Virus record (IMG/VR): IMGVR_UViG_3300046522_000750
DNA length: 64,000 nucleotides
Reading direction: 5' to 3' (one strand)
Origin: a virus
Taxonomy: Duplodnaviria; Heunggongvirae; Uroviricota; Caudoviricetes
A program made the translations under genes and the position numbers. How positions within the stretch are numbered: position 1 is the stretch's first letter; the number at the start of each line of letters is the position of its first letter. The notes beneath the pieces were generated by a model that saw only the letters and a list, made by a program, of their open reading frames with translations, was not told where the DNA came from and did no database searches. Shown here one piece after another: positions 8,169-18,010 of this stretch.

Positions 8169-10715
8169 TCAGAGGTCTTGCATGATGACGTGCTCGCCCC
8201 ACTTGTCGGTTGGAGCACTTTGGCCTGGCAGCGTCACCCACATACAGGCTTGACGCAGACCATCTGGCACCGACTCAGGAACGACAATCGCACCGTCCGT
8301 GAACACGATGATCGGGTTACCCCGGTTACCGTTCTCAATCATCATTTCCTTCCAGATGTACTCGAAGGCTGGAGTCAGGTCAGAACCACCCTGGCCGTAC
8401 ACTTCGAACTTCTTGGCAGCAACCTGCTCCATCGCTTCCCTGGTGTTCAGGATGCTGGTGATGCCGGTGTCGTTCTGGATCACCTTCACTTCCAGCTGCA
8501 AGCCAAGAGCGAGCTGCTCCACCAGACCCATGGCGTGACGCAGGTTGTCTGCATCTCGACCGTTCATCATCGAACCTGACACGTCCATGATGATGTAGAT
8601 GATGGCCGAGTTCTTTTTCATCCCTGGGCGAATGATGTGATCCGGCAGGAAGGTGTTGCGCTTGTTACGAACCGAGAACGAACGCTTGTTCATGGCACCG
8701 TACGGGCCGACGAACTTCGTCAGTTCCTGGGCGAAGTCAGCAGGAGGATACAGAATCTCGTCGATCTCAGACTTCATCCAGCCTGGCATGGTGCCGTAGA
8801 ACTTACCGCCGTTCTGCACGTCTTCAGTGATCGCACGCTGCATCATCTGACGACGACGCTCTTCCATCTGCTCTTTCGTTTCGTTTTTGTACGGATTGCC
8901 TGGAATGTCCGAGGCATCCATGTCAACGTCACCGTCCATGCTGGTTCCGAGCTCTTCCATCAGCTCACGCATGGCCTGCTCAAAGCCATCAGCGTCGACG
9001 ACCTCTTGCCCACTCGCCATTTGCTTGTCCACACCAGGAACGCCATCAGGCTGACCAGAGAGGGAGTTGTTGAGCTCTTCAAGAATGTCTTCCATGGCCT
9101 TAGTGACGTCTTCACGAGCCGCCTTCTCGGACACTGGATCCTGACCTTTACCGCCCTGCCCCTGCCCTGGCGCGCCCTGACCTTGACCCTGACCCTGACC
9201 TGGCTGATTGCCTTGGCCTTGACCGTCTGGCTTTCCATTGGGTGATTCTGCACCACCGTCACCAGGCTTAGGCTTACCGCCCTCACCGCTTTGACCGTCT
9301 GCATCTGGCTGTTGACCTTCGGCGCCCGGTTGATCACCTGGGCCGTTTTCGCCTTCGCCAGGGTCTTTACCGTCTTCACCCGGCTTTGGTGCACCTTCGC
9401 CAGGCTCTTTATCGCCGTCCTGACCTTTTTCGCCTTCGTTGTCGTCACCCGGCTTGTCACCTTTACCCTGCTCAGCGTCTTGAGAGTCTTGAGGTTTTTT
9501 AGGCTCTTCATGACCGGCTTCACGGGCTTTGGTTACGTCGTCGACGTAGTCGTCAGCGATTTTGTCCAGTTCCTTGCTCAGCTCATCCAGTTGCTGTTCA
9601 CGCGTGGTGCCGTCTGGCGTGCCGTCCACATCGTTTTCAATTCGGCCCTTCTCGTCGCCCAGGTAATCCTTCAGCGCGTCCCGCATGGACTCACGAAGGT
9701 CTTGCTTGGCCTGGTCGTAAGGGTTGAGCTGATCACCTTCCTGATTGGCAGCGTCTTGCGGCTGATCGCCGGCACCCGGCTCAGAGGCGTCATTGCTTTG
9801 ATCGGCACCTGGATCGCTGGAGTCCTTTTGCTGACCTGGGTCTTGGCTTGGGCTCTGACCGTCCGCTGGATCCTTGCCGTCTTGAGGCGCCTCGTCACCT
9901 TCAGCATTTTGCTGAGGCTGCTCTGGCTGATCTTCAAGAGCCTGTGGGTTGTCGATCAGCGAGATGGTTTCGCGATCACGCAGGATGGCGTCGAATTCGT
10001 CGTTATCCTTGCGAACAACGTCAGAGGCGACCTTGGCCCGCGAGATGGCGACTTCTTCTTTCTCAGTGATCATCTTGCCGGCTTTTTGCAGCGAAATACG
10101 CAGTTCTTTGTTGATCTTCTGCTCGCGCTCGTAAGCCTCCTTGGCGGCAGGATCATTCATCATGTTCAGGTATTGATCTTTGATCTCTTTGGCGCGCTTG
10201 GCCACACCTTCGAAGAGAATGTTGTAAATCTCTTCAGCCGACATCTTGTCGTATTTGGCGTCCCACAGACCGCCTTCTGGCAGTCTTACGGCCAGGTCAT
10301 AGACCTCTTTACCGCCCTTACGGACAACCTTCAGATCCGACATGCTCTTGACGATAATGTCGTTGATCGCGAAGTCGTGCGCCTTGTTGGCCAGCTTCCA
10401 GTTACGACCACGAAAACGTTTCCAGTAGTCGAGAGACACGTGAAGGGCTTCGTGAACAAACACAGCCACACGCTCACCAGGGGTGAGTGAGTTCATGAAA
10501 TCTTCGTTGTAGACCACTACACCGCTTTCGGACACGCCAATGGTAGGCACGGTTTTGGACGGCCCCGCGATCCACATTTCTGTTGCGAGAATGCCGAAGA
10601 ACGGGCTGATGTTCCGAAGCTCCAGGAGCAGGAATTTCAACCTGTTAAATAATTCAACATCCATCTCAGCCTTTGGAGTCATCTCCGGCTTGTATTTTTT
10701 TGCTGCCTCAGTCAT
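8169..10715 (-). CDS. Zincin-like metallopeptidase plus vWA domain protein (DUF2201-like) with a long acidic G/Q-rich linker
   Basis: N-terminal HEALH, C-terminal MIDAS DVSGSM...GGSD...FTDG; start MTEAAKK has RBS GAGGG. Confidence 0.85.
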   Translation of the reverse strand: MTEAAKKYKPEMTPKAEMDVELFNRLKFLLLELRNISPFFGILATEMWIAGPSKTVPTIGVSESGVVVYNEDFMNSLTPGERVAVFVHEALHVSLDYWKRFRGRNWKLANKAHDFAINDIIVKSMSDLKVVRKGGKEVYDLAVRLPEGGLWDAKYDKMSAEEIYNILFEGVAKRAKEIKDQYLNMMNDPAAKEAYEREQKINKELRISLQKAGKMITEKEEVAISRAKVASDVVRKDNDEFDAILRDRETISLIDNPQALEDQPEQPQQNAEGDEAPQDGKDPADGQSPSQDPGQQKDSSDPGADQSNDASEPGAGDQPQDAANQEGDQLNPYDQAKQDLRESMRDALKDYLGDEKGRIENDVDGTPDGTTREQQLDELSKELDKIADDYVDDVTKAREAGHEEPKKPQDSQDAEQGKGDKPGDDNEGEKGQDGDKEPGEGAPKPGEDGKDPGEGENGPGDQPGAEGQQPDADGQSGEGGKPKPGDGGAESPNGKPDGQGQGNQPGQGQGQGQGAPGQGQGGKGQDPVSEKAAREDVTKAMEDILEELNNSLSGQPDGVPGVDKQMASGQEVVDADGFEQAMRELMEELGTSMDGDVDMDASDIPGNPYKNETKEQMEERRRQMMQRAITEDVQNGGKFYGTMPGWMKSEIDEILYPPADFAQELTKFVGPYGAMNKRSFSVRNKRNTFLPDHIIRPGMKKNSAIIYIIMDVSGSMMNGRDADNLRHAMGLVEQLALGLQLEVKVIQNDTGITSILNTREAMEQVAAKKFEVYGQGGSDLTPAFEYIWKEMMIENGNRGNPIIVFTDGAIVVPESVPDGLRQACMWVTLPGQSAPTDKWGEHVIMQDL

Positions 10716-11292
10716 TACGAGCCCTCTAGCAAAACCACATATATTTGATTTTGGCACGGGAGCTTACGCACGCACCACAAAAAGTACTCATTTTTTAAGG
10801 GCCTGGTTATGCACTATGTTGTTCGACATTCATTTGCAAAATAACCGTTGATTAGGCTGTTCGATAACAATGTTGTTCGGCATTCATTCATCTTTTAATC
10901 GATCATTTGCCTTTGCTTTGCCTCTTCGCTCCTAATCGCCTCTACCTCATCACTTCTACCTTCGCCTTCGCCTTTGCCCTTCATCGCCGTCACCCCATAC
11001 CCCACCAATCAGCTTTTTGCTTGTGTTCCTAACCAGCTTTAAATCTTTTATATAAATAATAATCAAAAATTAATAATGCCTGGATATCAATCTATAAATC
11101 CTTTTTCTTTTTTTTGCCTGCAAAATCACTGTTTATAAAGCTTCCCAAGCAAAGCCTTTTTTCTAACAGCAGACAGCACCTTGCGGCCCTACAGCAACAG
11201 CCTTCTTTTTGAAAGACGAAAAGCCTTTTCTTTAAAAGCGCAAAAGCGACAGAATTTTATGGCCTTAAAAGCAAAAGCGGTTTGACCAAAAG

Positions 11293-11316
11293 AAAAACCC
11301 CTCTCGCGAGGGGCTT
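11293..11316 (-). terminator. Intrinsic terminator after the AAA ATPase
   Basis: CCCCTC-TCGC-GAGGGG hairpin with T-tract on the minus strand. Confidence 0.7.
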
Positions 11317-11335
11317 GGTGGTGGTCAAACCTGGA

Positions 11336-12586
11336 TCATCTCTTCTCCAGAATCGACCCCATTTCCTTGATGTTTTCGATGATGTTTTGGAAGTTGGCTT
11401 CCATCAGCACAGGCTTCTTGTCGTCCAGGTTCCAGACGTAGTCAGCGAGCTGGCCTTTGAGGCAGTCATCAGCCGGGCACTTTTGCAGGATGTGGCGGAT
11501 GATGAAGGCGCCCATCTCGCGGTTGCCCTTCATGAGCGTAGCGGTGGCCGTACAAGCTTTGTCGAGCAGAGCGTCTTTTTCTTTTTCGATCTGATCGCCT
11601 TTGAACTTGTTGCCGTACTTCTCGTTGATCTTGTCGTTCGCCATGGTGACGTACTGACGCAGCGAGTGAGCCACGGCGTAGATGGCGCCGGCCTGGTTCT
11701 TGTCGGATTCGCTGACATTGTCCCAGCACGATGGATCGTCCATCAGCTGTTGAGCCGTTGGGTAACGGGTCATCATGTCGCAGTAGGTCATCAGCGGGGT
11801 TGCCGTCTGAGAACCGACCAGTGATGCGCAGTAGTCGTGCAGACTTCTGAACAGGATGCTTGGCTCGAAGTTCTGCATGCCGCCCCACTTTTCAACGGTG
11901 GAGTTGGACAGGGTTGTCCACTGACGAGCCGATGGGCCGCGACCCATGGCGTCGAAGCACTTCTTCTTCTCTTCGGCCTTGGTCACTTCCGGTGCGAAGA
12001 ACATCGGGTTGGCTACCAGGAAGCCGTATACGACTGGGTCGATGTTGGCGTTCTCTTCGAGCTCTTTCCAGACGTCAAGGCTGGCACGGAATTCAACGTA
12101 GTGGCAGCGGTTGATCAGCGCCGAGCTCCATTGAGCAGCGTAAGCACCGTCAGAAACACCGTTACCGGTGAAGACGATGGCCACGTTCTCGCCCAGTTGG
12201 TGTTCGCCGATGCGACCGAACTGTGCGATTTCGAGCAGGGCGCTCTGTACGCTCGGGTCAGCAGCAGTCACGTCGTCGACCAGCAGAACGCCGTAACCTT
12301 TGCCGATGTTGGTCTCGAGCAGAGCCATCAGGCTGGATTCGGTGATTGGCTGAGCGATCTGCCAGATGCCGGTTTTTTCGTCCTTCTCCGGGATCGGATA
12401 GGTCGTAAAGTCTTCCTTGGTCTTACCGGCTGCTGCGATACGCGCAAACGGTTCGTCAGGGTTGTTACGCAGGCTCATCGCGGCGTGCGTTTTACCGGCG
12501 CCTGGTGGGCCACCCAGGATCAGGGGAGTAATACGACCATTTTGCTGTCTCGACAGCATGTCATAGTTAAGACTGGTGCCACTCAT
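11336..12586 (-). CDS. MoxR-like AAA+ ATPase
   Basis: Walker A GPPGAGKT, Walker B LLVDD, sensor I TGN, arginine finger ALINR, sensor II PSARQW. Confidence 0.88.
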   Translation of the reverse strand: MSGTSLNYDMLSRQQNGRITPLILGGPPGAGKTHAAMSLRNNPDEPFARIAAAGKTKEDFTTYPIPEKDEKTGIWQIAQPITESSLMALLETNIGKGYGVLLVDDVTAADPSVQSALLEIAQFGRIGEHQLGENVAIVFTGNGVSDGAYAAQWSSALINRCHYVEFRASLDVWKELEENANIDPVVYGFLVANPMFFAPEVTKAEEKKKCFDAMGRGPSARQWTTLSNSTVEKWGGMQNFEPSILFRSLHDYCASLVGSQTATPLMTYCDMMTRYPTAQQLMDDPSCWDNVSESDKNQAGAIYAVAHSLRQYVTMANDKINEKYGNKFKGDQIEKEKDALLDKACTATATLMKGNREMGAFIIRHILQKCPADDCLKGQLADYVWNLDDKKPVLMEANFQNIIENIKEMGSILEKR

Positions 12587-12796
12587 TAAGCATACCTCTT
12601 GTGTTAATTGATGAGCTCGGTTGGCTTATTTGTTTAATAAGAACCCTATGCAATTAACATAACAATGGAGAAACAGCCCGTGCATCACAAATTTCGAACA
12701 AAATTGGATTTTATTCGATTTTGCGAAAAAAACCAAAGCTAGCCTGAAAGAAGGTAAAGCTAGCCGCACGTTGTGCCGAAGTGGAAAAGCCTGATT

Positions 12797-13237
12797 TCAT
12801 TGGGTCAGATGGATATTCATAGCGTCACGGGCGCTAAAAACTAGCCGCTGCAAGCGCCGAAATGAAAGCTCATCAACAACCTTAAGTCTCAACTCGAAGA
12901 AATTATGCTGGTCGCTGTGGTAGAAACCCCACGGATCCACCCAGCTGACCTCGAATGTCATGGTCTGTGTCGCAGTGGTCGGCAGATGGATCTGCTCGAT
13001 GATGCCTTCAGCCCTGTAGCGAACCCGATGCCCTTCTCGACTGATCAGTTCCAGCACCTGCCGGCTCTCGTAAACGAGTCGCAGGGAGGCAGTCGGAATG
13101 CCAAGTCGTATCGACTCCAGACTCATCAGCCGTTCAATGCGTAACTGCTGATGGTCAGCCCAAGAGACAGCATGTTCATCTGCTTCGAACAACTCTTCTC
13201 GGGTGGCTCTGGCTTTAGTCATGGTGAAAGACCTCAT
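12797..13237 (-). CDS. Hypothetical protein
   Basis: 146-aa ORF; exact start uncertain. Confidence 0.6.
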   Translation of the reverse strand: MRSFTMTKARATREELFEADEHAVSWADHQQLRIERLMSLESIRLGIPTASLRLVYESRQVLELISREGHRVRYRAEGIIEQIHLPTTATQTMTFEVSWVDPWGFYHSDQHNFFELRLKVVDELSFRRLQRLVFSARDAMNIHLTQ

Positions 13238-13361
13238 GTCATTCGTGGCCGAATTCTTTCAAATCCAAGGGCATTCGTCAATAAATAGCGCTCGGCTTGC
13301 TGATGTTTATCAGATGCGATATTTTTACTAAATTGACAGTAAAGTGAAAAGGATGATTGCC

Positions 13362-13754
13362 ATGCAAGTCGAACTCAGCCTGGCCGGCCTCGAGCCGCAG
13401 GTCGCAGCGAATGCTTTTGAGGCAGACATCGCTCCAAAGCTTGCGGACTACCTGAGAAATGACTGCATCTTGGACACTGCCGGCGTTAACCGTGTTATGC
13501 CGTTACTGAAGCAAACCTACGTCAACGGCATTCGCGTGGTGAATGCGCTCATCGACATCTACCACACATCGGGGATGGCGTTGATTGATGGACAGCCATC
13601 TCAAGAGATAATCGAAGCGACCCGCGCCAATGGCGAGGCGGTTTGCAGCAATATCGTGAATAACCTGATCAATGCTCAAACCGATCTGCTGATCAGCATG
13701 GCCTGGACGCTCGCCGCCCAGGACGAACGCATCTTCAAGCGTCCGCGTCACTGA
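13362..13754 (+). CDS. Hypothetical protein
   Basis: RBS AAAGGA; followed by a terminator hairpin at 13763-13795. Confidence 0.65.
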   Translation: MQVELSLAGLEPQVAANAFEADIAPKLADYLRNDCILDTAGVNRVMPLLKQTYVNGIRVVNALIDIYHTSGMALIDGQPSQEIIEATRANGEAVCSNIVNNLINAQTDLLISMAWTLAAQDERIFKRPRH

Positions 13755-13821
13755 TCCCGCACAAAAAAACCACCGGGCATGGCCTCGGTGGCTTTCGTTG
13801 TATGCCTTGTGCACTGAACGC

Positions 13822-14232
13822 TCAACTGGCGAGGCGTGTGGCCCCACTGGATTTGGCCCCGGCGTGCCGTTGGCTCTGCCGATGTGTGTCCTGAACGCGG
13901 TGGTGAGCGACAGGCGACTTGACCCGCACACTGACTACGGGAAGCTCATGACCGAGGATGACCAATTCCTTGCGCCACAGCACGTGTGCGGCCACCAATG
14001 TACCTATTGCGGTACATGCCGACAGGATCAGGATCAATAGGTGAGCGCCGGAATGCCCCAGAAAGGCCTCACTGAGGATGGCCAGCATACCTACAACAAT
14101 GCCAGCCCACGTGGCATTCAATGCGACCTGGCGCTTGTTGTAGACCTGCTGCGCTGAGCGCTTACGCTCGCGACGTCGGTTGATGACGAACATCGATTTC
14201 TCCGGCAGTCGACCGCAACTGCCGGGCCGCAC
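13822..14232 (-). CDS. Membrane protein (2 TM)
   Basis: Two hydrophobic helices after a basic stretch; start may be 14193. Confidence 0.55.
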   Translation of the reverse strand: MRPGSCGRLPEKSMFVINRRRERKRSAQQVYNKRQVALNATWAGIVVGMLAILSEAFLGHSGAHLLILILSACTAIGTLVAAHVLWRKELVILGHELPVVSVRVKSPVAHHRVQDTHRQSQRHAGAKSSGATRLAS

Positions 14233-14501
14233 TACCTTGCTTGTGGGTTACGGATGCCGTGCAGGATCAGAGATTGCATCCGAGCCTGGTGGTAGACATC
14301 AATCAGTTCGCTTGAATGCACCTGATCATTGCTCGGGTGCCTCGTCACGATGAAGTGGTCATCGCTGTACTTCTCTCGCACCTTGCTTTCGTTCAACTGA
14401 AGCTCAAGCAGGCTGCTGAAGAACTCGGTGATGACGTGCCGATTCTCTTGAATATCGGTCACCGTCATGAAAAACGAGGTACTGGCTGACTTTGACTGCA
14501 T
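14232..14501 (-). CDS. Hypothetical protein
   Basis: RBS GAGGA. Confidence 0.65.
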   Translation of the reverse strand: MQSKSASTSFFMTVTDIQENRHVITEFFSSLLELQLNESKVREKYSDDHFIVTRHPSNDQVHSSELIDVYHQARMQSLILHGIRNPQAR

Positions 14502-14564
14502 GCGAGTATTCCTCAGTTAGCCTTTAAAGTCGACCTTGGGGTTCACAAAGCTGGCCCGAAGGTC

Positions 14565-15167
14565 TCACTCGCTGACAAACAACGAGTGCTTGTTGATGAA
14601 CTTCCAGTACTGAATTTCCTGGGCATAGAACTCAACATCCCCTTGTTGAAAATCCAGGTGTTTCATCAGCGCTTCTGGCGTAATGGGTGCCATGATGCCA
14701 TTGACCTCAGGCTTCAGCCATTCCGGACAGTGCTTTGGATCTGTCGCGTACTGGACGATTTCGTCATCGCTCAAGCCGCCAAGTCTCGCCAAGACTTCGG
14801 TGATGGTTTCGTGATCAGCCTCGCTCATGCAGTCGAAAGCGATGTTTTCAGCGGTCAGATCTTCAACGGGTTCTTTGAGCGTGAATACCTGCAGGGCTAT
14901 GCCTGCCGGACTCACTTGGCCCTCAGACGGATTGAACACCTTGGTAAAGCGCACGTCTTCGTAGCGCTCCAGGATCGCCTTGGTGCCTTCCAACACCGGG
15001 CCATGGTCGCCCGAGAAGTATTCGTCAAAGGTGATGAAGTCCGCGTACTTTTCGAAGGTCTTGCGATCCACGAAGTACAGCAGCGCCATGAGCTTTACGT
15101 CGGACACGGTTCCGCCGACACTGGCTGCGAGCAGGTGCATAAGCTGAATGGCGCGTTCGTAGTTCAT
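14565..15167 (-). CDS. Panacea (DUF4065/SocA)-domain antitoxin-like protein
   Basis: KLMALLYFVDR...ITFDEY...HGPV...H.PEW signature; RBS AAGGA. Confidence 0.8.
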   Translation of the reverse strand: MNYERAIQLMHLLAASVGGTVSDVKLMALLYFVDRKTFEKYADFITFDEYFSGDHGPVLEGTKAILERYEDVRFTKVFNPSEGQVSPAGIALQVFTLKEPVEDLTAENIAFDCMSEADHETITEVLARLGGLSDDEIVQYATDPKHCPEWLKPEVNGIMAPITPEALMKHLDFQQGDVEFYAQEIQYWKFINKHSLFVSE

Positions 15168-15262
15168 GTAAATTCCTTGTTTGGATTACTGCCTAGCCTG
15201 ACCTGCGGTCAAAGCACCGATCCCCTGCGGCAAGACCCTCAGAGCCTGCCTGTGCCCACCCT

Positions 15263-15679
15263 TCAGAGAAGGAACGGCACCTTTCTTGGCTTCTTCGGGT
15301 TCGGCTCGTACACCTCTGTCGACGAATAGTGCAGGAAGGTGCGGCTCGAGGACGGGATCGGGCAGTGATCGGCCCGGTGCTGATCCCGGTACTTCTTGCA
15401 CTTGAGGCACTGGTAGTCGACGGTGTAGCTCTCAGGCTCTGCCATGAACGCACGGCCTCGGCGCAGAAGATCGCTAACGACCTGCGCGGCCTTGCTCTCG
15501 CCCTCTTCTTCAAGCTGCGCCACCAGTTCAACCAGAGCGCTCTGATGCATTACAAGCATGTCTGTGCACGGCTCGCGCCGCTCCATGATCACAAAGCGCT
15601 TCTCTTCGCTTGGCACCGGAGCCATACGCTCAGGCAGGCGATTTGCCTTGTCCTCCGCCACATCTTTCTTGTCGCTCAT
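15263..15679 (-). CDS. Hypothetical protein
   Basis: RBS AGGAG before MSDKK; CLKC...H...HC. Confidence 0.65.
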   Translation of the reverse strand: MSDKKDVAEDKANRLPERMAPVPSEEKRFVIMERREPCTDMLVMHQSALVELVAQLEEEGESKAAQVVSDLLRRGRAFMAEPESYTVDYQCLKCKKYRDQHRADHCPIPSSSRTFLHYSSTEVYEPNPKKPRKVPFLL

Positions 15680-15740
15680 GCTGTTCTCCTTGAGGAATTC
15701 GTTTTGCCAGAAAGGTATTTTCTTCGTGCTGGGCAGACCG

Positions 15741-16103
15741 TTACGCCAGTTCTGCCATAAGCTCGCGACCTTTCTGCACAAGCCCATTCAAAAGCTCGGC
15801 TTGATCCTTGCCGCCCAGAAGTTGCGCGACACCAATCAATTTCATGATCTCGTCTTCTGGCAGGATGATGACATCAGTGCGCACTTTTCCACAATCGAGT
15901 ACCACAAAACGCTTTTTCGCCACCGGCAACTGATCAACACGCTCACCCTGACGATTAAACCGGGCCCCTGGCTCTACATCAAAGTCATGGTTATCCATGG
16001 CGATGCAGCGCTTGCAGGTGGTGTTTTTAGTGCCGTTGGCATCGACATCGCAGAGAAGCAACGGGTCGGTACAGCCGAGGCAGTAACGTGTTTGATCGGC
16101 CAT
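15741..16103 (-). CDS. Hypothetical protein with N-terminal Zn finger
   Basis: CLGC...CKRC; RBS GGAG. Confidence 0.65.
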   Translation of the reverse strand: MADQTRYCLGCTDPLLLCDVDANGTKNTTCKRCIAMDNHDFDVEPGARFNRQGERVDQLPVAKKRFVVLDCGKVRTDVIILPEDEIMKLIGVAQLLGGKDQAELLNGLVQKGRELMAELA

Positions 16104-16147
16104 TCCATACTCCAGGCTTCAAGCCATGTTGTGATTTAGTTTTTACA

Positions 16148-16164
16148 GTATATCAGGCGAATAC
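16148..16164. promoter_or_regulatory. GTAT-N9-ATAC operator box
   Basis: GTATatcaggcgaATAC upstream of 15741..16103(-). Confidence 0.65.
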
Positions 16165-16306
16165 CAGAATAGCCAGCGCCTTGGGAAAATCCATTGATTT
16201 ATATGAATAAATTGTCGATGAATGGCATCTTTATTTTGTTGACAATTGTCAGGCCATCCGTAAAATTCGCGGCCTTTCCGAACAAAAATCAGGGTTTATC
16301 GTTACC

Positions 16307-16519
16307 ATGTGCGTTGAATTCAAAGAACTCGTTACCGCTTCCCGTCTGTCGCAGTCCAAAGTAGCGGACTTCCTGTGCACCAAGTCGATCCAGATGGTGA
16401 GTGAGCGTGACATCCGCGCCTGGCTGGCCGTACCGGGCTCTAAAAACAGCCGTAACTGCCCGGCCTGGGTGCTGAAGGAAATGGCGGTGTTCGCCCCTGT
16501 TGTGGCACAAGCCGCCTGA
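16307..16519 (+). CDS. Small HTH protein (Aca1-like pattern)
   Basis: LSQSKVADFL...VSERDIRAWLA...RNCPAW; own promoter TTGACA-16-TAAAAT (16239-16266) and terminator at 16549-16582. Confidence 0.65.
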   Translation: MCVEFKELVTASRLSQSKVADFLCTKSIQMVSERDIRAWLAVPGSKNSRNCPAWVLKEMAVFAPVVAQAA

Positions 16520-16588
16520 TCGACCTTCCCCGGCTAGCCTTTAAAGAGAAACCGCCAGTGCTGTTTAGCCTGGCGGTTTTTTCAATGC

Positions 16589-17404
16589 TTATTGGATGCT
16601 GATTGACCAGTCTGTGGTTTCGCATGGCAGGTGTTCAACCAAGCCTTCGTCACCAATCAGTTCCTCAATGTTTTCACGCAGCAGTTTGTGTACCACTGGC
16701 AGGCCAATGCCATTGAGTCGATAGTCGATCTCCAGAGTCACCTTGACCTTCACCACCGTCGTATCCAGTACCTGAGTCGACAGCTTGTCATGCGCCGCCA
16801 GGGCCAGTTGGTGATAATCACTACCCGCCTCAGCCAGTTTGCGAACAAAGGCCAAGGCCTCATCGTCATTCGCAAAGCGCGGGTCTTCGTCGAATTTATC
16901 GATCATGAACTTGGCGTTGAAGCTCCCGCCAGAATGTTCACTCAGCAACCAGCCTTCACGCTGGGCCATTTCGTCGATAATGCCCATTTGATCGCCGGTC
17001 AGAGGCAAACGACCTTGGCGAGTAGTGGCCGCTGGCACCGGATCAACCGATTGAAAGCTAATGGTATCGGCGTCTGCCCATTGCTGGAACCCTTCGGCAT
17101 GCAACTCATCCAGGTCGTTCTGACTGAGGGTTACTTTTTGATCCTCGAAATCCTCAGGGGTGTTGTGGGCCAACAGGGCCAGCTTGTGGAGAACGCTGCC
17201 AGCCTTTGCGCATTTTTCGATATGCTCAATTGCATCATCGTCGTTGGCAAATACGCCGGCCTCATCGTCACGCTGAATTCGGGCGACGGTCTCATCCTGG
17301 CCAATGTCAAAGAGAGCCCAGCCTTCCTTCATCGCCATGGCATTGATGTTGCTTTTTTGTTCCTGGGTGAGCAAAACGCCCTGCTGAATGCTGGAATTGG
17401 TCAT
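16589..17404 (-). CDS. Hypothetical protein with two internal repeats (EGW...FANDD.A...AGS..H.LAL)
   Basis: RBS AAGGAGG; duplicated module of about 70 aa. Confidence 0.75.
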   Translation of the reverse strand: MTNSSIQQGVLLTQEQKSNINAMAMKEGWALFDIGQDETVARIQRDDEAGVFANDDDAIEHIEKCAKAGSVLHKLALLAHNTPEDFEDQKVTLSQNDLDELHAEGFQQWADADTISFQSVDPVPAATTRQGRLPLTGDQMGIIDEMAQREGWLLSEHSGGSFNAKFMIDKFDEDPRFANDDEALAFVRKLAEAGSDYHQLALAAHDKLSTQVLDTTVVKVKVTLEIDYRLNGIGLPVVHKLLRENIEELIGDEGLVEHLPCETTDWSISIQ

Positions 17405-17561
17405 CGTGACCTCCTTGATTAACGGGTACTCCAAAACAATACCCTAATGGCAATTTGTTGTAAACAGAACAATTTTACCCCTACTGAAATGAGATGGTTG
17501 CAGAGATGATTTGACCTTGTTCATACTCGGTTCCACACCCAAACAGCAAAGGTTTTTCAGG

Positions 17562-17978
17562 ATGAATGACGTGAAGTGGCAAGCGATCTGTGAGAACGCC
17601 GTGGAACAGGCCAAAGGCCTTTCGTTGGTATTTGCTGGCACTGACGCCGATGTGAGACATGCGCGGGGCACCTGCGAGCTGATAGGCGCTCACATTGAGC
17701 ATGGCGAGTTGTTCGATGAGGAAGCCTTGCCGGTCTACATCATCAAGACTGCGAGCGGCGAAGTGCTGGATGTCTTCGAAGAGGAATTGCAGTGCGAAGA
17801 CGCTGAAGGCCTGGCCAAGCTGATTGAAGGTGTTTCCATGACGTTTGGACTTGCCCGTCAGTTGGGCTGCCTTGGCCCTTCGGATTTGATGGAAACCGCC
17901 TCAGCCGAGGTCAAGGCGCGGTTCCTGGAGCTTCTGGTGAGTGACCGAGCCAGTAAGGTTGTTGCACTGGATCTTTGA
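17562..17978 (+). CDS. Hypothetical acidic protein
   Basis: ORF from MNDVK; terminator at 17985-18006. Confidence 0.6.
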   Translation: MNDVKWQAICENAVEQAKGLSLVFAGTDADVRHARGTCELIGAHIEHGELFDEEALPVYIIKTASGEVLDVFEEELQCEDAEGLAKLIEGVSMTFGLARQLGCLGPSDLMETASAEVKARFLELLVSDRASKVVALDL

Positions 17979-18010
17979 CAGCAAAAGGGGCCGGTTAAGG
18001 CCCCTTCTGA

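Noticed and set aside
9159-9225. GACCCT-like short tandem repeat as a DNA repeat element
   Set aside because: It encodes the GQGQ tract of the vWA protein linker.
8637-10490. Long plus-strand ORFs (8637..9245, 9291..10490)
   Set aside because: They are antisense shadows of the vWA gene, as is typical for GC-biased codon usage. The same applies to 5240..6058, 11837..12589, 16631..17422, 48319..49311 and 53476..54339.
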